From: Microcystis aeruginosa NIES-2549
GTDB taxonomy: Bacteria > Cyanobacteriota > Cyanobacteriia > Cyanobacteriales > Microcystaceae
Length of the DNA stretch: 32,000 bases
NCBI RefSeq assembly: GCF_000981785.2
Contig: NZ_CP011304.1
Span: 180,001 to 212,000 of the forward strand
Direction: 5' to 3'
Under the pieces are notes generated by a model. The model was not told the DNA's origin and did not search any database. It saw nothing but the letters and a program-made list of their open reading frames with translations. The translations under genes and the position numbers were made by a program. Below, in pieces: positions 1 through 6,800 of the stretch (positions are counted from its first letter, which is position 1; each line of letters opens with the position of its first letter).

Positions 1-649
1 GACTTTCGAGAACGCGATCGATTAATCCGTAGTCTTTCGCCTGTTGTGGGGTGAGATAGAAGGTGCGATCCATATCTTTCGCCAGTTTTTCGGTGGTTTG
101 ACCCGTATTTTTCGAGAAAATTTCCAACATCGTCTGTTTGTTGGCGATTACCTCCTTGGCACGAATCTGGATATCGGTGGCTTGTCCCTGGGCCCCGGTG
201 CGATTTTGGTTGAGAACAATGGTAGCGTGGGGTAAGGAGGCGCGAAAACCCTTGGTTCCTGCGGAAAGAATCATCGCGGCAGTTCCCATGGCCTGTCCGA
301 TACAGATAGTATGAACGGGAGGTTTAATGTAGTTGAGGGTGTCACAGATGGCGAAAGCTTCGGTTTCGTAGCCGATCGCGTCGCCAGTGTACCAGGATGT
401 GCCGGTAGAGTTGATATAGAAGAAAATCGGTTTTTCGGGATCGTCAAATTGCAGGTAGAGCAGTTGGGCGATAATTAATTCCGTCACGTCCACCCCGACA
501 TTGCGCTTGACATCATCGGAGGAAAATAAAGGCAACCCCAGATAGACAATTCTCTCTTTGAGCAGGAGAGATTCTAAGTCTGGTGGTGGTGTCCGATAGG
601 CTGCATCCCCATAATAGGCAGTTTGTACCGCTTTAATCACTGAGTTCAT
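1..649 (-). CDS. clpR: ClpR, catalytically inactive ClpP-like Clp protease subunit (3' end runs off the window)
   Basis: Hand translation of the minus strand from the ATG at 649 gives MNSVIKAVQTAYYGDAAYRTPPPDLESLLLKERIVYLGLPLFSSDD...FYINSTGTSWYTGDAIGYETEAFAICDTLNYIKPPVHTICIGQAMGTAAMILSAG...ATIVLNQN. The fold is ClpP-like, but the active-site Ser motif reads GQAMGTAAM and the His position reads LNQN, which is the ClpR pattern. It is absent from the ORF track because no stop lies in the window. Confidence 0.85.
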   Translation of the reverse strand, partial: MNSVIKAVQTAYYGDAAYRTPPPDLESLLLKERIVYLGLPLFSSDDVKRNVGVDVTELIIAQLLYLQFDDPEKPIFFYINSTGTSWYTGDAIGYETEAFAICDTLNYIKPPVHTICIGQAMGTAAMILSAGTKGFRASLPHATIVLNQNRTGAQGQATDIQIRAKEVIANKQTMLEIFSKNTGQTTEKLAKDMDRTFYLTPQQAKDYGLIDRVLES

Positions 650-788
650 CGAGTTTTTCCGTCATACACAGTATCCTGCTTTTGATTTTAACGTAATCAG
701 GTTGACCGATCGGCAAAAGTGTAGCGGTGGTTTGCCTTCTCCCTGCTTTAACAACTTCTGCTGTTCACCAGTAGTAACAAGCAGATTT

Positions 789-1775
789 CTAGTCGATAAT
801 TAGGGCAATTTTCCCCGTCACCGAACCAGTTTCTAGCAATTGATGGGCGCTGATAGCTGCCGCTAAAGGGAAGGTTTGGGAGAGATGAATGGTTAACTTT
901 TTCTCGTCAATTAAACGCGCCCCTTGTCTGAGAATTTCTGTTTGATATTTTTGCGCTTCTGGCAGTCCCATCAAAGCCGGGGTTAACATTAATTCTAAAC
1001 TAATCCGCAAATTGCGATCGCGGGCTTCCTTCCAGCTGCCCGTAGGTTCCAAAATCGTCACCATATCGCCGTACACTCGCACCGCTCGGCAAGTTTGCCT
1101 AAAAGTTTCCCCTCCCACCGTATCAAAAGCGATATCTACTCCTTTCCCTGCGGTTTCTTGAAGTATCGCCGCGACAAAATCGGTTTGTTTGTATAAAATC
1201 GGGTAATCTGCCCCTAATTGCCGCACTAAACGCTCTTTATCGCTATTTCCCACCGTTGTATAAACTTTAGCCCCTTTCAGTTTCGCCAATTGAATCGCAA
1301 CATGACCAACACCCCCGGCCCCGCCATGGATAAGTACGCTTTGTCCCGACTGAAGACGGGCGCGATCGTAGAGTGCTTCCCAAGCGGTGATTAAAACCAA
1401 AGGTACAGCGGCCGCCTCAGCAAAAGAAAGAGATTTCGGCTTGTGAGCCAGATAATCCGCCTCGATTAGGGCATATTCAGCATAATTTCCCGTGCCAGCC
1501 CTGCCCAGTCCGCCGCTACAAAAGTACACTTCATCCCCGGGGCGAAAATCCTGCACCGCCGACCCAACGGCCTCGACAATTCCCGCCCCGTCACAGCCCA
1601 AAATGGCTGGCATTTGCTCGGGGTAAAAAGTGCCGCGTTTACGAATTTTTGTATCAATAGGGTTGACACCAGCCGCTTTTAATGCTACTAAAACCTGATG
1701 CGGTTGACTAATTTTCGGGGTGGGGACTTGCTGAAGTTGCAGCACATCCACGGCGGTCATGAGGATAGCTTTCAT
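789..1775 (-). CDS. NADPH:quinone oxidoreductase / zinc-type alcohol dehydrogenase family (MDR superfamily)
   Basis: 328-aa ORF with a GCDGAGIVEAVG substrate-domain motif and a HGGAGGVGHVAIQLAK Rossmann motif, typical of Qor-like MDR enzymes. Confidence 0.8.
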   Translation of the reverse strand: MKAILMTAVDVLQLQQVPTPKISQPHQVLVALKAAGVNPIDTKIRKRGTFYPEQMPAILGCDGAGIVEAVGSAVQDFRPGDEVYFCSGGLGRAGTGNYAEYALIEADYLAHKPKSLSFAEAAAVPLVLITAWEALYDRARLQSGQSVLIHGGAGGVGHVAIQLAKLKGAKVYTTVGNSDKERLVRQLGADYPILYKQTDFVAAILQETAGKGVDIAFDTVGGETFRQTCRAVRVYGDMVTILEPTGSWKEARDRNLRISLELMLTPALMGLPEAQKYQTEILRQGARLIDEKKLTIHLSQTFPLAAAISAHQLLETGSVTGKIALIID

Positions 1776-1780
1776 TCTAT

Positions 1781-2296
1781 CTATTCGGGATTAACCCACA
1801 TTAACGTCTGGCCAAATTCTACCGGTTCACCGTTAGCGACGGCGATTTCGACGATTTGCCCGGCCACTTCCGCTTCGATTTCGTTCATCAACTTCATCGC
1901 TTCGATGATACAGACCGTTTGTCCGACCCGGACTCGATCGTTTTTTTCCACGAAAGAGGGTTCATCGGGAGCGGGAGCGCGATAAAAAGTGCCGACCATG
2001 GGAGAGGTAATCGCCAGCCATTTTTTATCAATAGCGGCGGCCGCGGGTTCGGGAGTGGGGGTTTCTGGGGCCGGGGTGGGACTGGCGGCTACCACTGGAG
2101 GGGCGACCGGGGCCGTCACCACCGGCAAGGGAGCGGGGAGAGGCCCAAGGGCAGTATTAACGGTTTCTTTGCGGATATTTAGCTCCAAATCTGCACTTTT
2201 TAGGCTAAATTCACTGATATCCGTTGCTGCCAATGTTTTGATCAGTTCTCGAATTTCGTTGTAATCAATAGTCACCGCTCTGAAATCCCCTCGCAA
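1781..2296 (-). CDS. accB: Acetyl-CoA carboxylase biotin carboxyl carrier protein
   Basis: Has the biotinyl-lysine motif CIIEAMKLMNEIEAE, a Pro/Ala-rich linker and an N-terminal DYNEIRELIKTL. The track ORF begins at a TTG. A GTG at 2275 (giving MTIDYNEIREL) is an equally plausible true start. Confidence 0.9.
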   Translation of the reverse strand: MRGDFRAVTIDYNEIRELIKTLAATDISEFSLKSADLELNIRKETVNTALGPLPAPLPVVTAPVAPPVVAASPTPAPETPTPEPAAAAIDKKWLAITSPMVGTFYRAPAPDEPSFVEKNDRVRVGQTVCIIEAMKLMNEIEAEVAGQIVEIAVANGEPVEFGQTLMWVNPE

Positions 2297-2441
2297 ATAA
2301 AAAGCAACAAATCCAAATTCGCACCCACCAAACCGCCGATTTTTCCCATCTAGCGGCTAAGTTTTGGGAAACAGGCTCAGAAACACTGGCTTTAGTCCTA
2401 AACCCGTCCCTAAGCCCTCATTTCTGGGCTTCTCATCACAA

Positions 2442-2999
2442 TTATTCCCGTCCCAGATAGGAACCATCCCTGGTATCCACTTTAATCCTTTCACCGATGG
2501 AAATAAACAGGGGAACCATCACCTGCGCTCCCGTTTCTACGATCGCCGGTTTCGTGCCACCGGTGGCCGTATCTCCCTTGACTCCCGGATCCGTATCGGT
2601 GATTTCCAAGATTACCGAGGTGGGCAATTCCACATCTAACACTTGCTCATTCCAAAAGAGAATATTAACTTCCATTCCCTCTTTCAGATACTTGGCTTGA
2701 TCGCCCATCTGTGCCGGGGTGAGAGTTGCTTCCTCAAAAGTCTCCATGTCCATAAAGACAAACTGATCGCCTTCTTTGTAGGTGTGCTGCATGGTGCGCT
2801 TTTCGATCGTGGCTGAGGGCAAGGTTTCCCCCGCCCGGAACGTCCGTTCTACCACGTTGCCGGTCTGGACATTTTTTAACTTGGTTCGCACGAAGGCCGA
2901 TCCCTTACCCGGTTTGACGTGCAGGAATTCCACCACCCGCCAGACAGAGCCATCGATCTGGATGGTTGTGCCACTCCGAAAGTCGTTACTCGAAATCAT
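2442..2999 (-). CDS. efp: Translation elongation factor P
   Basis: 185 aa, starting [43 protein letters not shown]. This is a full-length EF-P signature, and the efp-accB pairing is common in cyanobacteria. Confidence 0.95.
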   Translation of the reverse strand: MISSNDFRSGTTIQIDGSVWRVVEFLHVKPGKGSAFVRTKLKNVQTGNVVERTFRAGETLPSATIEKRTMQHTYKEGDQFVFMDMETFEEATLTPAQMGDQAKYLKEGMEVNILFWNEQVLDVELPTSVILEITDTDPGVKGDTATGGTKPAIVETGAQVMVPLFISIGERIKVDTRDGSYLGRE

Positions 3000-3175
3000 G
3001 AAATGCTGTTTAGGCCAAGAAAGATCAACATTCCATTTTACATACTCGCCGTACCGAAAAAAACTTTTTTATGGGAATTTGTCTGAATTGAAGCGCGGTG
3101 GACTAACCTAGGGGCAGCAGCTAAAAGTAAGTTAGAATTAATTGACTGACTGACATCTGAGAAGCGATATCAACC

Positions 3176-3493
3176 ATGACGGGTGTGGACTTACAGCAAT
3201 TATTACTAGAAAAATGGGGTCGTTCCTACGATATCCAGCTACGACGCATCAAAGATAAGGTTCATGTCCAGGTAATGTGGAAATATCTCGAACAAGCTTC
3301 TTTTCCCCTCTCCGAGTCTGAATATCTGGAACATCTCAATGCGATCGCTAATTATCTCCACGAATGGGGTGGTGTTAGTCAATTTCAAGCTTTTATCCGC
3401 GAAACCCGCGAGCGTCCCCGTCTCGGTAAAGCGGTTAGTCTGCCCCTAGACCTAGGTGAAAGGGCATCGGAATGGCTGCTCAGTGATCAGTGA
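3176..3493 (+). CDS. Conserved cyanobacterial/plastid-lineage protein, DUF3067-like
   Basis: 105 aa. From memory, LLEKWGRSYDIQLRR...VMWKYLEQASFPLSE...RPRLGKAVSLPL matches the DUF3067 consensus. Confidence 0.6.
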   Translation: MTGVDLQQLLLEKWGRSYDIQLRRIKDKVHVQVMWKYLEQASFPLSESEYLEHLNAIANYLHEWGGVSQFQAFIRETRERPRLGKAVSLPLDLGERASEWLLSDQ

Positions 3494-3549
3494 TCAGTTA
3501 TTACAATTACATCATCGAAATTTGTGGGTATTATTCAAATATACTAGCA

Positions 3550-3798
3550 TTACTGGGATGATTGGATTTTACTAACATTGAGAATACTTAAACCAATGAT
3601 CTTATCCGCTTGATAACGAATAATCACATCATTATCTGTTAATTCGCTATCATCCGCAGGTAAAGATGGTTGATAAAAATTAATATACAAAATATCTGCT
3701 TTTGCATCATAAGCTGTCCAAAAATCTTGCTGAGGCAGAGCGTGAATCATCTTGGCGAAGTTAAGATAAGATTGAATATTAATGCTAGTTATGGCCAT
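3550..3798 (-). CDS. DUF2283-family small protein (putative antitoxin-like partner)
   Basis: 82 aa. YDAKADILYINF...DNDVIIRYQADKIIGLSILNVSK fits the DUF2283 pattern (YD.eaD.lyi ... G.ei). It overlaps the upstream 100-aa ORF by 10 nt. Confidence 0.6.
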   Translation of the reverse strand: MAITSINIQSYLNFAKMIHALPQQDFWTAYDAKADILYINFYQPSLPADDSELTDNDVIIRYQADKIIGLSILNVSKIQSSQ

Positions 3799-4091
3799 AT
3801 TTGTTTCCTCTTGGTTAATTCACAAAGAAGACGGGTTAAATAAGCAGTAATAATAAATCCCTCATCTAATAATTCTCGATAAACAACGATTAGATATTTT
3901 CCAGAAACTATTTGTTTAACTGCCAACAATTCCTGCTGGTTTCCTACTAGGATTTTCTCAGGATAGCGGATGGTTTCCAATATCTCCGCTTGATACGATA
4001 CTAATTCACTATGTCCACTGATAATGTGTTTCCATCTCTCCTCTGTCAGACGAATTAAAACCCCATTCTGAGAAGTTGTATGGAGATTCAT
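3789..4091 (-). CDS. Small conserved hypothetical protein, putative toxin-like partner of the DUF2283 gene (DUF4258/BECR-like; family uncertain)
   Basis: 100 aa containing LTEERWKHIISGHSEL...KYLIVVYRELLDEGFIITAYLT. It is AT-rich and translationally overlapped with the downstream DUF2283 ORF. Confidence 0.5.
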   Translation of the reverse strand: MNLHTTSQNGVLIRLTEERWKHIISGHSELVSYQAEILETIRYPEKILVGNQQELLAVKQIVSGKYLIVVYRELLDEGFIITAYLTRLLCELTKRKQIWP

Positions 4092-4146
4092 AGGTTCCGA
4101 TTTAGTGCAAATAGACCTTTAAACCACACTTTCAACCTGATGAACC

Positions 4147-6048
4147 TTATTCCACCGTGACACTTTTGGCTAAATTGCGCGGCTGATCCACGTCTAAACC
4201 GCGACGAGCCGCGATATGATAGGAGAGCAATTGTAGGGGAATTACCGTTAAAATTGGCGATAATAATTCCTCAACTTCTGGCACATACAACAAATCATTA
4301 AAGACTTTTGGTGCTTCCGTATCGCTATCGGCAACTACTCCCAATAATCGCGCATCCCTTGCTTTTGCTTCCTGTGCATTGGAGAGAACTTTATCATAAA
4401 CTACCCCCGGCATCGCAATCGCTACTACGGGAACTTTTGCATCTAAAAGCGCGATTGGTCCGTGTTTCATTTCTCCGGCTGGATAGCCTTCGGCATGAAT
4501 ATAACTGATTTCTTTGAGTTTTAAGGCCCCTTCTAAGGCAATGGGGAAATTAATCCCCCGTCCCAAGAAAATAAAGTCTTGGGTGTCATTAAATTCATGG
4601 GCCAATTCTTCGATCGCTTTTTCCTGTTTTTCTAAGACAGTTTCGATCAACCTTGGCAGCGATCGCATTTGATTAATAATTTGCTCGATTCTCTCTAAAG
4701 ACAAAGTTTGACGACGATAGGATAAATCCAAAGCTAAGAGATAAAAACCCAATAACTGGGCGGTAAAACTCTTAGTTGCGGCCACCCCGATTTCGATCCC
4801 CGCTTGGGTATTAATAATCTGATCGACCATTTGTGCTAGGGTACTTTCGGGGCGATTAGTAATCCCGATAATCCGGGCCTGATATTTTTTTCCTAATCCT
4901 AAACGACGCTGTTTTTCTGTTTCCAACGCCGCTAAAGTGTCGGCTGTTTCCCCCGATTGCGTCACCCCGATGGTTAAAGTATTGGGCATCAGGGGGGTGG
5001 GTGCATAGCGAAATTCCGAGGCGTACTGTACTCTTGTGGGAATACCTGCCAACTGCTCAATCAAGTATTTACCGACTAAACTGGCGTGCCAACTGGTTCC
5101 ACAGGCTAAAATCTGAATATGTTCTAAATTATCGTAAATTTCTTCAGAAAAATTAATATTTATCGGGTTGACATTATCCCCATTTTGTGCTGTCCAATGG
5201 GGATGCAGATAGGTCCCTAAACAGTCGCGCACCACTCCTGGTTGTTCGTAGATTTCCTTGAGCATGAAGTGACGATAACCCTGTTTTTCTACGGTGGTCG
5301 GACTCCAATCGAGGACTCTGGGGCTTTTACGGACTCTTTTTCCCTCAAAATTATAAATTTCTACTCCCAAGGGTGTTAAGCGAGCGATTTCGCCATTATC
5401 CAAGGACAGCACCGCCCGGGTATGGGGAACCAAAGCACTGACATCGGAGGCACAGAAAAACTCCCCCTGACCAAAACCGATGATTAAAGGGGCGTGTTGC
5501 CGCACGACAATCAATTCATCGGGATAATCGGGACTAATTACCGCTAGGGCAAAAGCACCCTCTAAACGTTCAATTGCCTTTAAAACTGCCTTGAGGAAAG
5601 GACTCACCCCCAAGTCTTCTTCATCGCTAGGTTTGGGTAAATAACTGGCGATTAGATGGGGAATAACTTCTGTGTCGGTTTCTGAGTCAAATATACAGCC
5701 TTTTTCCTTTAATTCTGTTCTTAATGCCTGAAAGTTTTCGATAATGCCATTCTGTACCACTGCCACCCGTTGACTGTTATCGGTGTGGGGATGGGCATTA
5801 CTTTCTACGGGTTTGCCGTGGGTTGCCCAACGGGTGTGACCGATGCCAATTTGGGAGGGATTAACTTCCTGTTCTAATTTTTCCCGCAGATTGTAGAGTT
5901 TTCCCTGGGCGCGGACTCGATGTAATTCACCTTCGAGAATTGTGGCAATCCCTGCCGAATCATAACCCCGATATTCCAAACGTTCCAAACCAGCTAGGAG
6001 AATATCGATCGCTGTTTGGGTTCCGATATAGCCAACAATTCCGCACAT
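4147..6048 (-). CDS. glmS: Glutamine--fructose-6-phosphate aminotransferase (isomerizing)
   Basis: MCGIVGYIG N-terminal nucleophile motif, two SIS domains and a C-terminal LAKSVTVE. The track ORF starts 4 codons upstream (MSERM), but GlmS needs Cys as residue 2, so the start is set at 6048. Confidence 0.95.
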   Translation of the reverse strand: MCGIVGYIGTQTAIDILLAGLERLEYRGYDSAGIATILEGELHRVRAQGKLYNLREKLEQEVNPSQIGIGHTRWATHGKPVESNAHPHTDNSQRVAVVQNGIIENFQALRTELKEKGCIFDSETDTEVIPHLIASYLPKPSDEEDLGVSPFLKAVLKAIERLEGAFALAVISPDYPDELIVVRQHAPLIIGFGQGEFFCASDVSALVPHTRAVLSLDNGEIARLTPLGVEIYNFEGKRVRKSPRVLDWSPTTVEKQGYRHFMLKEIYEQPGVVRDCLGTYLHPHWTAQNGDNVNPININFSEEIYDNLEHIQILACGTSWHASLVGKYLIEQLAGIPTRVQYASEFRYAPTPLMPNTLTIGVTQSGETADTLAALETEKQRRLGLGKKYQARIIGITNRPESTLAQMVDQIINTQAGIEIGVAATKSFTAQLLGFYLLALDLSYRRQTLSLERIEQIINQMRSLPRLIETVLEKQEKAIEELAHEFNDTQDFIFLGRGINFPIALEGALKLKEISYIHAEGYPAGEMKHGPIALLDAKVPVVAIAMPGVVYDKVLSNAQEAKARDARLLGVVADSDTEAPKVFNDLLYVPEVEELLSPILTVIPLQLLSYHIAARRGLDVDQPRNLAKSVTVE

Positions 6049-6204
6049 TCTTTCGCTCACCCCATTTAGGCTAAGTCCGATCTATTCTATCGCAAGCGTG
6101 GCGCTTGTTTGCTTAGAGCCTAAAGACGCAGGGGTAAGGGTAAAGTTTCCCCTATAGGAGAGTGGGGTGTGGGGAGAATAAATAAAAGCAATATAGATCA
6201 CTCA

Positions 6205-6567
6205 GCAGCACACTTTGTTCTTTTTGTCAAAAAAACTTTCTCTTTGCAACAAAACTACACAATTAATTGATCAACGGGTTGGCTTAAAAAAGGCTCTTTA
6301 ACTGCCATTTATTGCTGTTGCTGAATAGGTGAGTGTAGATTTAGCAAGGGTTTTCAGGATCACCAGACAGCTAAAAACCCTAAAAAGCACAGAAAAACCC
6401 ATCATTTCATACCGCGAAATTATACCATAATCGCTGGAAGTATTGCAACCTCGTAAACAAATGAGAATTATTTTCAATAAATTCTTAAGAAAAGGTAAAT
6501 ATTGCGAAATGTAAATTCAAATATTCTCAACTATTAACGCTTGTTTGATATAAAAAACTTATAAAAG
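6205..6567 (+). repeat. Direct repeat copy 1 (~363 bp, AT-rich), left flank of the nuclease-methyltransferase cassette
   Basis: Collinear with 9035-9399. By eye there are roughly 14 substitutions plus one or two 1-nt indels, about 95% identity. Confidence 0.95.
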
Positions 6568-6612
6568 ATAATTAAGTAGGTGGGTGGAATTAAATATAAG
6601 ATGAACGTAGAA

Positions 6613-6678
6613 CGTAGGTTGGGTTGAAGCATGAAACCCAACCCCCGCACGGGTTACGCTACCGCTAACCCATCCTAC
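6613..6678. repeat. Nested palindromic element (GTAGGTTGGGTT...AACCCATCCTAC type)
   Basis: The outer arms are GTAGGTTGGGTT and AACCCATCCTAC (11 of 12 complementary). Inner hairpin 1 is GTTGGGTT-gaagcatga-AACCCAAC and inner hairpin 2 is GGGTTA-cgctaccgc-TAACCC. A related arm sequence occurs at 17792-17856. Confidence 0.7.
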
Positions 6679-6800
6679 AAATAATTGTGCCTACCTACCC
6701 AACTTCACGGCAGGTTAATGGTAAGTATTCAAAGTTAATCGGTCTGATTTTCCCCTGAGTAAGGAAGATTTATCGAAACTATCACAAACAGTGCTAACCC

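Noticed and set aside
6049-6204. Possible glmS ribozyme upstream of glmS
   Set aside because: The leader shows only a simple nested hairpin. I see none of the conserved glmS ribozyme core or pseudoknot sequence, and the ribozyme is characteristic of Firmicutes, not cyanobacteria.
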